From NCBI GenBank assembly GCA_032128115.1, contig JAQBHB010000041.1, positions 128,001 through 192,000 on the forward strand: a DNA stretch of 64,000 nucleotides, read 5' to 3'. This document shows positions 9,113 through 18,622 of this stretch, piece by piece. The DNA is from Deltaproteobacteria bacterium (GTDB taxonomy: Bacteria; Myxococcota_A; UBA9160; SMWR01). The notes below the pieces were generated by a model. It saw nothing but the letters and a program-made list of their open reading frames with translations. It searched no databases and was not told the origin of the DNA. Positions within the stretch are counted from its first letter, which is position 1; every line of letters begins with the position of its first letter. The translations under genes and the position numbers were made by a program.

Positions 9113-10294
9113 ATGAGCCTGGACGACGCGCGGCGCCGCGAGGCCGCCAACTTCCTGCCCGTCGTAGACCGCCAGCCCATCGTGCTGGTGGAAGGCGCGG
9201 GATCCCGCCTGCGCGACGAGGCGGGCCGCGAGCTGGTGGACCTGACGGCGGGCTGGGGCGTTACCTGCATCGGTCACTGCCACCCAGCCCTGGTGGAGGC
9301 CATCTCTCAGCAGGCAGCCCGCCTGATGCAGACCACCAACCTCTTCTACACCCTGCCCCAACTCGATCTGATCGAGCGCCTGGCGGCCGTGACTCCCAAA
9401 GCCCTGACCCGCAGTTTCCTGGTCAACTCGGGAACCGAGGCCGTGGAAGGCGCACTCAAGCTGGCCCACAGGGCCACCGGACGCGCCCAGTTCGTTTCGA
9501 CGGAGAATTCGTTCCACGGCCGCACGCTGGGCGCCCTGCGCGTGAGCGGGCAGGCAAAGCACAGGGAACCCTACGAGAAGCTCCTGCTCGACTCGAGGCT
9601 CGTTCCCTTCGACGATCTGGAGGCGGCACGACGGGCCATCGACGAGACCTGCGCCGCCTTCATCGTCGAGCCGGTCCAGGGCGAAGGGGGAGTCAACGTT
9701 CCCCGGGACGGCTACCTGACCGGGCTGCGCGAGATCTGCGACGCGGCCGGGAGCCTGCTCATCTGCGACGAGATCCAGACGGGGCTCGGGCGCACCGGAA
9801 GCATGCTGGCCGTCGAGCGCGACGGTGTGGTGCCGGACGTGGTGACGCTGGGCAAGGGCCTGGGGGGGGGATTCCCGGTGGCGGCATTTCTCACCACCGA
9901 CCGCGTCGCCGAAAGCGTGCGCCTGGGCGACCACGGCACGACCTTCGGCGGCAATCCCCTGGCGGCGGCCGCCGCCAACGCGGTGCTGCGCGTGCTGGTG
10001 GAAGAAAAGCTTCCCGAACGGGCCGCGAGCCTGGGGGATCGGCTCCAGAATCGGCTGCGGTCCTTCGCGGATGCCCACGAAGATCGAGCCGAGGCCGTGC
10101 GCGGCCGGGGTCTGCTGGTGGGTCTGGTGCTGCGCGACCCGAAGCGCGCCGCGACGCTTCCCGGACGCGCGCTCGAGCGTGGCGTCCTGGTCAACGTGAC
10201 AGCCTCCCGGGTGGTGCGTTTCTTCCCGGCGCTCAACATTCCGGAAGACGATCTGTGGCCCGCGGTGGAAACCGTGCTCGAGCTCATCGACTGA
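9113..10294 (+). CDS. argD: Acetylornithine aminotransferase (class III PLP)
   Basis: NSGTEAVEGALKLA, SFHGRTLGAL, EPVQGEGG, DEIQTG.GRTG, LGKGLGGG.P, HGTTFGGNP; GAGAGG RBS. Confidence 0.85.
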   Translation: MSLDDARRREAANFLPVVDRQPIVLVEGAGSRLRDEAGRELVDLTAGWGVTCIGHCHPALVEAISQQAARLMQTTNLFYTLPQLDLIERLAAVTPKALTRSFLVNSGTEAVEGALKLAHRATGRAQFVSTENSFHGRTLGALRVSGQAKHREPYEKLLLDSRLVPFDDLEAARRAIDETCAAFIVEPVQGEGGVNVPRDGYLTGLREICDAAGSLLICDEIQTGLGRTGSMLAVERDGVVPDVVTLGKGLGGGFPVAAFLTTDRVAESVRLGDHGTTFGGNPLAAAAANAVLRVLVEEKLPERAASLGDRLQNRLRSFADAHEDRAEAVRGRGLLVGLVLRDPKRAATLPGRALERGVLVNVTASRVVRFFPALNIPEDDLWPAVETVLELID

Positions 10295-10314
10295 ACGGCT
10301 GCCGCGGCCCCCGC

Positions 10315-10674
10315 TCAGGTCTTCATCACGTTCACTTCGAAGCCGAGACCCTCTGCGGCGGCGAAGTTCCCCATGGCCGTCAGCATGGCCTGCTCAGTCG
10401 CGCCGGGCGTCGTGGCGCAGTCCAGGGCAACGCGCACCGGCTTGCCCTCGTACTGCGGGTACTGCTTCACCATGTGTCCGTCCAGTATGTAGGACAGATA
10501 GCTGTTGAACTTGGCTTCCAGCTGGCGCAGCTGCTCAGGCGCGCTGCCCCAGGCGCGCTCCTCCAGGATCAGCAGCACCACCTCGTCGCGCTCGGCGTCC
10601 ATGCGCACCAGATCCACGACCTGCGGGTTGTGTACGCCGCGCGCCTCGGGCCCGCCCTGGTCGGCTCCGCTCAC
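10315..10674 (-). CDS. DUF6572-like hypothetical protein
   Basis: VVDLV...V.L.I.E.R.W......L..K.NSYL.Y..DG.....YP pattern. Confidence 0.65.
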   Translation of the reverse strand: MSGADQGGPEARGVHNPQVVDLVRMDAERDEVVLLILEERAWGSAPEQLRQLEAKFNSYLSYILDGHMVKQYPQYEGKPVRVALDCATTPGATEQAMLTAMGNFAAAEGLGFEVNVMKT

Positions 10675-11432
10675 CCGCCGTACATCCCGCCGTTCACGTG
10701 GATCACCGTGCCGTTCACGTAGGAGGCGCGCCGCGCCAGGAAGGCCACCACGTCGGCAACCTCTTCGGGCTTTCCCATGCGCTGCTGGGGGATGCGCGCC
10801 AGGATCGAGTCGCGGATCTCCTCCGGCAGTGCAGTCGTCATGTCGGTTTCGATGAAGCCGGGCGCCACCGAGTTCACCAGGATGTCGCGGCCAGCCAGCT
10901 CCTGGGCCAGGGACTTGGTGAAGGCGTCCAGGCCCGCCTTCACCATTGTGTAGGGGATCTGCCCGGCATTGCCGCTGTGGCCCACGACACTCGTGATGTT
11001 GATGATGCGGCCAAACTTCCGGCGAAGCATGAAGCGCCGCAGGATCCCCTTGGTGAGATACCAGGTACCGCGGGCCATGGCGGCCACCGCATCGTATTCT
11101 TCCACCTTGCTGGAGAGCAGGGGGGCGTTCACGTTGTAGCCGGCGTTGTTGACCAGCACGTCCACGCGCCGGGTCTTCTCGCGCAGCGCCGTCACCAGCT
11201 CGTCGATGGCTTCGATCGAAGCCAGGTCGCCGCGAATCGCGAAGGCGTCCGGGAGTTCGGCCACGAGCTTGAGGGCCGCTTCCTCGCTTCGGCGATAATG
11301 CACCCCCACGCGGAATCCCTCGGCGGCGAGGGCCCGGCAGCAGGCCGCCCCGATTCCGGTGCCGGCGCCCGTGACCAGCGCGACCGGCACGTCCGCTGCG
11401 CCCGGATCTTCGCTCGTCTGTTCTTCACCCAT
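10671..11432 (-). CDS. fabG: 3-oxoacyl-ACP reductase-like SDR
   Basis: TGAGTGIG, NNAG, SVVG..GNAGQ..YTMVK, VAPGFIETDMT, IHVNGGMY. Confidence 0.8.
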   Translation of the reverse strand: MGEEQTSEDPGAADVPVALVTGAGTGIGAACCRALAAEGFRVGVHYRRSEEAALKLVAELPDAFAIRGDLASIEAIDELVTALREKTRRVDVLVNNAGYNVNAPLLSSKVEEYDAVAAMARGTWYLTKGILRRFMLRRKFGRIINITSVVGHSGNAGQIPYTMVKAGLDAFTKSLAQELAGRDILVNSVAPGFIETDMTTALPEEIRDSILARIPQQRMGKPEEVADVVAFLARRASYVNGTVIHVNGGMYGG

Positions 11433-11454
11433 GCCGCGAGCGTAGTTCAGCGGG

Positions 11455-14247
11455 CTACGGAGTGGGAAGGCCCAGCTCGGCCAGCACGGCCGCCAGATCG
11501 CCGCGCTCGGCCACCACCACGTCGTTCGATTCGGGTAGGGCCTCGCCCAGGCGCTTGAAATAGCGCCGGTCGGTTCGGCCCTCGACGATCACCACGATTC
11601 CCCGGTCCTCCTCGGTGCGAATCAGGCGGCCGGTCATCTGCTTCAGGTTGAGCAGCATCTTGCCGAGAGTGCTGCGATCGAAGGGATCGTCTCCAGCCGC
11701 GCGGAGGCGCGACTCACGCCGTCGACGCAGCTCCGTGGGAACCTCGAATGGGAGCTTCTCGATCACCACCGCCTGCAAGGCGTCGCCGGGAATGTCGAGT
11801 CCCTGCCAGAAGGTGCGCGCGCCCAGCAGCACACTACCCCCGGCGACCCGGCTGAAGCGCTCTACCAGGGCCATGGGATCGTCGCTCGCGCGCCGGGGCG
11901 AGAGCACGTCGTAGCCCTCGCCGCGCAGCGATTCGTGCAGCAGGTCGGCCACGTCGCGCATGCGTCGCAAGCTGGTAAAAAGGCCCAGGGTGCGACCGCC
12001 CAGGAGTCGGGTCAGGTCCGCCAGCACCGCAGCCGTCTCCTCCACCAGATCACGTCGGGGATTCAGGGCCACTACGCGCATGTGCTCGGCGTAGGGAAAC
12101 GGGCTCTCCACGCTCACGCGCCGGGTCTGCTGGCCAGCCTCGATCTCGAGCTCACCCATGGCCGCGAATGGATCGCCGGCCACGAACAAGCTGGCCGACA
12201 CACAGGCGAAGGCCTCGAGTCTCTGCAGGAAGCCCTCGTGGAAGGCGATGGCTGGCGACACGGATCGCACCACCAGGCGCCAGCGGTCGAACGGCGGGTC
12301 CAGGCGCTCGAACGCCGCCACTGCATCTTCTCCGTCGTTGGCGAAGGCACCCCGCAGCGCCTGGGCCGCCGCGCGAAGTTCGGCAAGCGTGCGCTCCACG
12401 GCTTCGGCCCGGGCGTCCTGTTCGTCGTCCCCAGTCACGGGCTCGGCGGCGTCGGCCATGTCGGTAAGGCGTTGCGCCGTCGTCGCGGCCAGCTCCGCCG
12501 CTTCCGGAAACCTGGAGGCCGCGAACGCCGGCAGCTGCACCTCGCCGTACTCGCTGGCATGCTCGCTCAAGCTCCTGCCGAGGGCGATCAGGTCCTGCTG
12601 CACCCCGCGACGCCAGGCGAGCGCGTCCTTCTTGACGCGGCTCCGCTGCCCCAGGGCCAGCAGGGCATCGCCACCGGGACCGTCGGCGGGTCGGCCGAAC
12701 AGATCGTCGACACGCTCGAGCACCGATTCGGGTCGCACCTCCACGGCGTAGACCTCGTCGGCGACCCCGGCCAGCTCGTGGGCTTCGTCGGCTACCGCGA
12801 CCCGGAACTGGGGATAGTCCAGCGGCCAGCGCAGGACCAGATCGTGATTCGCCACCACCAGGTGGGCCTCTGCGAGTTCCGCGCGCCGGCGTCCCAGGGG
12901 GCAGCTTCGCTCGGAGGCACACTGCTCGCGCGTGCACAGCTCGGCGCGCGCAGCCACCGAGCGCCGCAGCAGATCGCGCAGCGGCGGAAATCGCCACAGC
13001 AACGCTCCAGGCACGCTGCCCAGTTCGCCGTGGCGGCGGGTTCGCGCGCACGCCGACAGCGCCGCGTAGGCCAGGCGATCCTCGGCGAAGATGCGCGGCT
13101 CGCGCCCCTCGGCCAGTACAAAGGACAGGCGCCGCGAACACGCGTAGTTGGCGCGCCCCTTGATCGACATGGCCAACAGGCCCGGGTAGCCGAACATGGC
13201 GGCCGCGGCCGGAATGTCCTTCAACAACAGCTGGTCCTGCAGCAGCTTCGTCCGCGTCGAGATCACGACCGGGTCGCGATCTCCTCCGGCGGCACGCTCC
13301 ATGGCGAAGGGAATCGCCGCGGCCAGGTAGGCCAGCGACTTGCCCACCCCGGTTCCACCCTCGAGCAACAGGCGCCCGCCCTCGGAGAAGGTGTGAACGA
13401 ATTCCCGGGCCATCCGGATCTGCTGCTCGCGCACCCGGTAGCCCGGAAAATGGCGCCGGCCCCGCTCCTCATCGGAGAGGGCTGCGGCAATGGCATCCGC
13501 GTCGAAAGCCACGGGGGTCTCGCCGCCGGGCGGGATCGGGACAAAGCCACGCGTTGGCTCGTGAGGCGGCGGAAGCGAGCCGAGGGCCTGGCCGCCAAGC
13601 AACGCGAGCCAGGGGGAGTCGGGCGCGTAGTTCTCGAGCGCATCCTGCGCCACCCGATAGCGACTCTCCCCGCGCCGCGCCCCGCACGCGGCGCTGGAAA
13701 GCACGCGCAGGGTGTCGAGTGCATCGGAAAGAGCCCGGTGGCTCTCGTCACGCGCGAGCAGGGTGCGCGTAAAGGTGTCGAGCCGCAGGTCCGGAGCATC
13801 GGGGTGGGCAATGGCCAGAAAATCCTGGGTGTCCAGGTAGTGGGCTTTCTCCAGCCGGGGCGATACGAAACGCGCAAGGAAGCGACGCTCGAATTCGGCG
13901 TTGTGGGCGATCAGCAGCCGCTCCCCCAGGGCCCGATCGATCTGATCGACGAGCTCGGAGATCTCCGGTGCGCCTGCCACATCCTCGTCGGCGAGGCCCG
14001 TGAGCTTCTGCACGGCCTTCGGGATCGGTACGCCGGGACGCACCAGGCTCGCAAGGGTGCTGATCGTGGCGGCGTCCGGGTCCACCAGTACGATACCGAT
14101 CTCAAGGATCTCGGAGCCCGGGTCGCCCCAGAGACCGGTGGTCTCCAGGTCGACCACGGCGAACGGCCCGATTGCGCGGGCGAAACCCGCGAGTGCCTGG
14201 AGGTCGATCTTCAGGTCCGCGGGATCCCGGTCGGCGCATGCGAGCAT
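11455..14247 (-). CDS. dinG: DinG-family helicase with N-terminal DEDDh 3'-5' exonuclease
   Basis: DLETTG...HNAEFE...HRALSD exonuclease motifs; GTGVGKS, KGRANY.C, DEAH, FW.GLD.PG..L..V.IEKLPF, Q..GRLIR...DRG. Confidence 0.85.
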   Translation of the reverse strand: MLACADRDPADLKIDLQALAGFARAIGPFAVVDLETTGLWGDPGSEILEIGIVLVDPDAATISTLASLVRPGVPIPKAVQKLTGLADEDVAGAPEISELVDQIDRALGERLLIAHNAEFERRFLARFVSPRLEKAHYLDTQDFLAIAHPDAPDLRLDTFTRTLLARDESHRALSDALDTLRVLSSAACGARRGESRYRVAQDALENYAPDSPWLALLGGQALGSLPPPHEPTRGFVPIPPGGETPVAFDADAIAAALSDEERGRRHFPGYRVREQQIRMAREFVHTFSEGGRLLLEGGTGVGKSLAYLAAAIPFAMERAAGGDRDPVVISTRTKLLQDQLLLKDIPAAAAMFGYPGLLAMSIKGRANYACSRRLSFVLAEGREPRIFAEDRLAYAALSACARTRRHGELGSVPGALLWRFPPLRDLLRRSVAARAELCTREQCASERSCPLGRRRAELAEAHLVVANHDLVLRWPLDYPQFRVAVADEAHELAGVADEVYAVEVRPESVLERVDDLFGRPADGPGGDALLALGQRSRVKKDALAWRRGVQQDLIALGRSLSEHASEYGEVQLPAFAASRFPEAAELAATTAQRLTDMADAAEPVTGDDEQDARAEAVERTLAELRAAAQALRGAFANDGEDAVAAFERLDPPFDRWRLVVRSVSPAIAFHEGFLQRLEAFACVSASLFVAGDPFAAMGELEIEAGQQTRRVSVESPFPYAEHMRVVALNPRRDLVEETAAVLADLTRLLGGRTLGLFTSLRRMRDVADLLHESLRGEGYDVLSPRRASDDPMALVERFSRVAGGSVLLGARTFWQGLDIPGDALQAVVIEKLPFEVPTELRRRRESRLRAAGDDPFDRSTLGKMLLNLKQMTGRLIRTEEDRGIVVIVEGRTDRRYFKRLGEALPESNDVVVAERGDLAAVLAELGLPTP

Positions 14248-14260
14248 GGCGGGCTCGGCG

Positions 14261-15919
14261 TTAGACGTAGATCCCGCCCTTGAACTCCCGGTCCTGGCGA
14301 ATGATCACGTTCACCAGCGCGGGCTTGCCGGAGGCGCCCGCGCGCTCGAGCGCGGGGCGCAGCTCCTCGGGGCGCTCCACGAACTCCCCGTGCCCGCCAA
14401 GGGCCTCCACCACCTTGTCGTAGCGGGTGTAGTTGAGCAGGGTTCCCGCCAATCGGTCCTGGCCCAGCATCGATCCCTGGGGTCGCATCATCTGGCCCCA
14501 GGCCGCGTCGTTGCCCACCACTCCCACGATCGGGAGCCCGAAGCGGACGGCGGTGTCGTACTCGAAGCCGTTCAAGCCGAACGACCCGTCGCCGTACACG
14601 ATCACCACCCGGCGACCCGGGTTCGCGATCTGGGCCGCCAGAGCGAAGGGCATGCCGACACCAAGGGTTCCCAGCGGGCCCGGGTCCATCCAGGCGCCCT
14701 CTCCCTTCACGGGAATGATCTTGGCCGCGGTGGCCACGATATCGCCGCCGTCGCCGATCACGATGGGGTCGCCCAGGGTGTCGAGCCAGTCGCGGACCTC
14801 GCGACACATGCGCTGGGGGTCGACGGGCACCTCATCGCTGTTGAGCGCCGCCTGTACCTTGGCTTCCGCCGCATCCTCGATGGTTCGAAGTTCGTCGCGC
14901 CACGCGCTGAAGTCGAGCCTTGCGCCCTGGTTCTTCATTTCCTCCACCAGCAGGTCGAAGGAGCACGCCAGGTTGCCCACAAGCGGCACGTCGGTGGATC
15001 GGTTCTGGCCGATCAGTGTGGCGTCCATGTCGAGCTGGATCACCTTGGCGTCGGCGGGGATGGTCTGGCCGAAGCGCATGCGGAAATCCAGCAGGGTGCC
15101 CGCCAGCACGATGCAGTCGATCTTCTGGAGCGCGTCGCGCCGCGATCGGTTCAGGAACTCGGGGCTGTCGGGAGCAACCGTTCCGCGTCCCATTCCGTTG
15201 GTGTAGGTGGGGATGTGGGTCTCGCTGATGAAGCGGCCCATCTCGGCGCTGGCGCGGGACCATTTGACGCTGGTTCCCGCCATCAGCATGGGGCGCTGCG
15301 ACGCGGCCAGGATCTCGATGGCCTGGCGCACCTGGTCGCGGTCCGGTGACAGGCGCGGCGACTCGGTGCGAATCCTGGGAATCGGCGCCTTCTCCCATTC
15401 ACACCTGCCCATGAACACGTCCATGGGAATCTCGAGAAACGCGGGGCCCGGGATGCCCGAAACCGCGTGACGAATCGCCAGCTCGATGTATTCGGGGATG
15501 CGATGAGTCTGGTAGACCGCATCGGCGTACTTGGTGATGGGACGCATCACGCCGATGTGATCCATCTCCTGAAGCGAACCGCGGCGCAGATTTTCGAAGG
15601 GACCCTGCCCCCCGATCACCAGGATCGGGGAGTTGGCTCGCCATGCGTTGGCCACACCCGTGACACCGTCGGTGACCCCGGGGCCCGCGGTGATGGCCGC
15701 CACACCGATACTGCCCGGTCGGCAGCGCGCCCAGGCGTCGGCCGCATGGACGGCCGCCTGTTCGTGGCGCACATCGACGATCTGGATGCCTTCGTCGATG
15801 CACCCGTCGTAGAGCGGCATGATGTGGCCGCCCGAGAGCGTGAAGATGCATTCGACGCCGGCCTGCTTGAGCGCTCGGGCCGCGAGCTTCCCGCCGTGAG
15901 CGGGGGAGGATTCAGACAT
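14261..15919 (-). CDS. ThDP-dependent enzyme (acetolactate synthase-like / 2-hydroxyacyl-CoA lyase-like)
   Basis: FTLSGGHI, DVRHEQAA.HAAD, TAGPGVT, DPGP.GTLGVG, GDGSFG...ND.AWG. Confidence 0.85.
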   Translation of the reverse strand: MSESSPAHGGKLAARALKQAGVECIFTLSGGHIMPLYDGCIDEGIQIVDVRHEQAAVHAADAWARCRPGSIGVAAITAGPGVTDGVTGVANAWRANSPILVIGGQGPFENLRRGSLQEMDHIGVMRPITKYADAVYQTHRIPEYIELAIRHAVSGIPGPAFLEIPMDVFMGRCEWEKAPIPRIRTESPRLSPDRDQVRQAIEILAASQRPMLMAGTSVKWSRASAEMGRFISETHIPTYTNGMGRGTVAPDSPEFLNRSRRDALQKIDCIVLAGTLLDFRMRFGQTIPADAKVIQLDMDATLIGQNRSTDVPLVGNLACSFDLLVEEMKNQGARLDFSAWRDELRTIEDAAEAKVQAALNSDEVPVDPQRMCREVRDWLDTLGDPIVIGDGGDIVATAAKIIPVKGEGAWMDPGPLGTLGVGMPFALAAQIANPGRRVVIVYGDGSFGLNGFEYDTAVRFGLPIVGVVGNDAAWGQMMRPQGSMLGQDRLAGTLLNYTRYDKVVEALGGHGEFVERPEELRPALERAGASGKPALVNVIIRQDREFKGGIYV

Positions 15920-16004
15920 TTCGCCACCTCGGTGCGCTGGAGAGTGCACCGACGGTATCACCGGCTCCGAGGCCGGGTCAAATTCCAGGCGCCAGCGGGG
16001 CTGG

Positions 16005-16508
16005 CTACTTGGAAGCGGTGAAGTCGGCTCGTCGGTTGTAGCGCCAGGCCGACTCGTCGTGCCCCATCACGGCGGGTTTCGCTTCGCCGAAGCTCACCAC
16101 CCGGACCCTGTTGGAGGGCACGCCCAGGTCGGCCAGATACTGCTTGACCGCGTTGGCTCGGCGCTCGCCCAGGGCCAGGTTGTACTCCTCGCTCCCGCGC
16201 TCGTCGCAGTTGCCCGCAATCGTGACGGTTCCCCACTTCTTGTTGCCATTGATGGCCGTGGCATTGGCCCGGAGCACCGTGCGAGCGTCCGACCGGATCG
16301 TGTAGCGGTCGAAATCGAAATAGATGGTCCGGAGTTCACCGTCGTGGATGATCTCATCCGACCTGTCGGTGACGACCTTGTCTTCACGGAACTCGCTATC
16401 GGTACCGCCCGACCGGGTCGACGGCTCGTCCGTCTTGCATCCCGCGACGCCAAGCATCATCACAGCAGTGGCCGCCGTCGCCCATCGCCCAACGGATCGA
16501 AGCTGCAC
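16005..16508 (-). CDS. pal: Peptidoglycan-associated lipoprotein (OmpA_C domain)
   Basis: Lipobox VAGC, IYFDFD, G.CDERGS.EYNLALGERRA, SFGE.KP, NRR. Confidence 0.9.
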   Translation of the reverse strand: MQLRSVGRWATAATAVMMLGVAGCKTDEPSTRSGGTDSEFREDKVVTDRSDEIIHDGELRTIYFDFDRYTIRSDARTVLRANATAINGNKKWGTVTIAGNCDERGSEEYNLALGERRANAVKQYLADLGVPSNRVRVVSFGEAKPAVMGHDESAWRYNRRADFTASK

Positions 16509-16604
16509 GTGTCGCTCCTTCTACAATCCCGACCGCGGCGGCCGGGGAAAGTTTTTTCGTTCAAAACAGGCAGAGAACCACGGGCCAGACTCAGCTCGAA
16601 CAAT

Positions 16605-16632
16605 CCAACTCACGCCAACTCCAAGCCAACTC
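16605..16632. promoter_or_regulatory. Three phased direct repeats CCAACTC upstream of pal
   Basis: CCAACTC at 16605, 16615 and 16626 (10/11-bp period). Confidence 0.45.
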
Positions 16633-16773
16633 GCGCACACCCGGCAGATCCCCCGCCTCAGTAGCGCGGCTATTGTGTGCGGTCGCGGTCGCTCCCGCAA
16701 GCCACCCTTGTACGGTTTGGGGATTTGAGATCGAAGGGAGCCGAGCACATCCCGGTATGCTGCGGGGCTTCCC

Positions 16774-17862
16774 CTACGCCAGGCCCTGGTGGATCAGCAA
16801 CTCGGCCACCAGCAGTGCGCCCTTGGCCGCCCCCATCTTCGTATTGTGCGACAGGACCACGAAACGCAGCCCGTTGGGAAGCACCGTGTCCGGGCGCAGG
16901 CGGCCCACCACCGTGGTCATGCCATCGTGCAGGCGCCGGTCGATGCGGGGCTGCGGCCGGAAGGGATCGTCGGTCACGTGGATGAGCTCCGGCGGGCTCG
17001 AGGGCAACCCCAGGTCCGTGAATTCGCGGCCGAACGCGCGCATCGCAGCGGCCACCTCGGCCAGGTCCGCCGCACGGCCGAGTCCGGCCGTCACGCTCTC
17101 GGTATGACCGTCGCGGACGTTGACGCGCATGCAGGTGGCCGAGACGGGGATCGCAAGCGGCTCGATCCGATCTCCCTCGAGACGGCCGAGGATCTTCGCG
17201 GTCTCCCGCTGCACCTTCTCTTCTTCCTTCGGAATGAAGGGAATCACGTTGTCCAGGACATCGAGCGCCGCAACGGCCGGGCTGCGCCCCGCCCCGGACA
17301 GGGCCTGCAGGGAGGTCATTACCACTGACGTAAGGCCGAAGTTTCGCGCCAGGGGCGCGAGCGCGATGGCCAGACCCGTCGTGGTGCAGTTGGGGATGGG
17401 GGCCACGAAGCCCTTCCAGCCGCGTTCGCGTTGCTGGCGCTTGACCAGCACCGCATGCTCGACGTTGACTCCCGGGATCAGGATCGGGGCGTCGTCCTCG
17501 TAGCGAAAGGCGGACGACGTGGAGACCACGGGCACCTGCTCGGCGAAACGCTCCTCGAGCGCTCGCGCCGCATCGCTCTCCACGGCGGAGAAGACCAGGT
17601 CCACCTGGCTCGGATCGAGATTCCGGGCGTCGATCACCTGCCGCTCGGCGAACTCGGGCGACAGGGGCTCTTCACAGCCCCAGTGCACGTGTCCCGCCTC
17701 GTCGCTGATGGCGTCGCGGTAGGTCTTGCCGGCGCTGCGTTCGCTGGCTGCGAGCACCACCACCTGGAACCAGGGGTGCCCCTTCAGCGAGGCGAGGAAC
17801 TGCTGGCCGGCCACCCCGGTGGCGCCCACTACAGCGACGCGTCGACTGGTTTCGCTGGCCAT
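16774..17862 (-). CDS. asd: Aspartate-semialdehyde dehydrogenase (archaeal/fungal-like subfamily)
   Basis: GATG.AGQ.F, ASERSAGK.Y, PNCTT, QALSGAG, DNVIPFI..EEEK, SHNT..GAA.G. Confidence 0.9.
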   Translation of the reverse strand: MASETSRRVAVVGATGVAGQQFLASLKGHPWFQVVVLAASERSAGKTYRDAISDEAGHVHWGCEEPLSPEFAERQVIDARNLDPSQVDLVFSAVESDAARALEERFAEQVPVVSTSSAFRYEDDAPILIPGVNVEHAVLVKRQQRERGWKGFVAPIPNCTTTGLAIALAPLARNFGLTSVVMTSLQALSGAGRSPAVAALDVLDNVIPFIPKEEEKVQRETAKILGRLEGDRIEPLAIPVSATCMRVNVRDGHTESVTAGLGRAADLAEVAAAMRAFGREFTDLGLPSSPPELIHVTDDPFRPQPRIDRRLHDGMTTVVGRLRPDTVLPNGLRFVVLSHNTKMGAAKGALLVAELLIHQGLA

Positions 17863-17897
17863 GGAATCCGTCCGGACCGAAATCGGGAGGGCGGATG

Positions 17898-18323
17898 TTA
17901 GGTCAGCAACTCGAGATTCGCAGCCGTCAGGCTCTCGAGATCGGGGAACCAACGCGTGGGCAGCCCGTCGGAAGCGATGCTCTTGATGGAGCCGGTGGCC
18001 CGCTCGGGACCCAGGTGCTCGACCAGGGCCCGGGCCACACTGAGGGCGCCCTCGATCGGGTCGGAGTCGAAGCGACAGAGCCGCACGGGGGGACCGATAT
18101 CCACGACCAGGTCGAACACGATGGTCCGCACGCCCTGGGGCTCGCCCACTTCCGCCGCCAGCCCCAGGTGGATGCGGTTCCATTCCAGGACCCGCTCCTC
18201 GCCCCCATCGCGGTAGACCACCCCCCGCTCACCAGGCGCGGCCTGGGCCAGAAGGTCGACGCGGCAGCTCGAATCGGACAAACGCCCCCGGATCGGCACC
18301 CCGCGGGCTGCGCTTGAGAGCAC
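17898..18323 (-). CDS. Hypothetical protein
   Basis: Natural-looking ORF filling the gap upstream of asd; start uncertain. Confidence 0.6.
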   Translation of the reverse strand: MLSSAARGVPIRGRLSDSSCRVDLLAQAAPGERGVVYRDGGEERVLEWNRIHLGLAAEVGEPQGVRTIVFDLVVDIGPPVRLCRFDSDPIEGALSVARALVEHLGPERATGSIKSIASDGLPTRWFPDLESLTAANLELLT

Positions 18324-18348
18324 CCGATTCGATACCCTCGGTCCCGCG

Positions 18349-18621
18349 ATGGAGAATGAGATCTCCCAGACCCCCTATCAGGTCGACTGCCCGCGCTGTC
18401 GGGTCAGCTTCCCGATCGGGACGAAGAGTTGCATCCACTGCGGAGAGCGGATCCTGCGGCAGCGGGGAACCCAGGCCCTGATCGTCACGTCGCCATTCGA
18501 GGCCGGCCCGGACCTGCCCGAAGACGAGATCGCGCAGCGCAAGCGCTTCATCTCTCCCATGACGCTGGTCTGGATCGCCGCAGCCGTGTGGGTGGGCATC
18601 CAGCGCAGCTGCAGCGGCTGA
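18349..18621 (+). CDS. Small zinc-ribbon membrane protein
   Basis: CPRC...CIHCG plus C-terminal hydrophobic helix; abuts thiI. Confidence 0.7.
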   Translation: MENEISQTPYQVDCPRCRVSFPIGTKSCIHCGERILRQRGTQALIVTSPFEAGPDLPEDEIAQRKRFISPMTLVWIAAAVWVGIQRSCSG

Positions 18622-18622
18622 G

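Noticed and set aside
7421..10294. 957-aa plus-strand ORF and other long antisense ORFs (for example 11935-14283, 23352-25103, 50681-52501)
   Set aside because: Shadow frames caused by high-GC codon bias opposite well-supported genes; only 9113-10294 (argD) is real in this ORF
15920..16004. TPP riboswitch ahead of the ThDP enzyme
   Set aside because: Hairpins are present (for example 15929-15952) but the CTGAGA and CCTGA core motifs are absent
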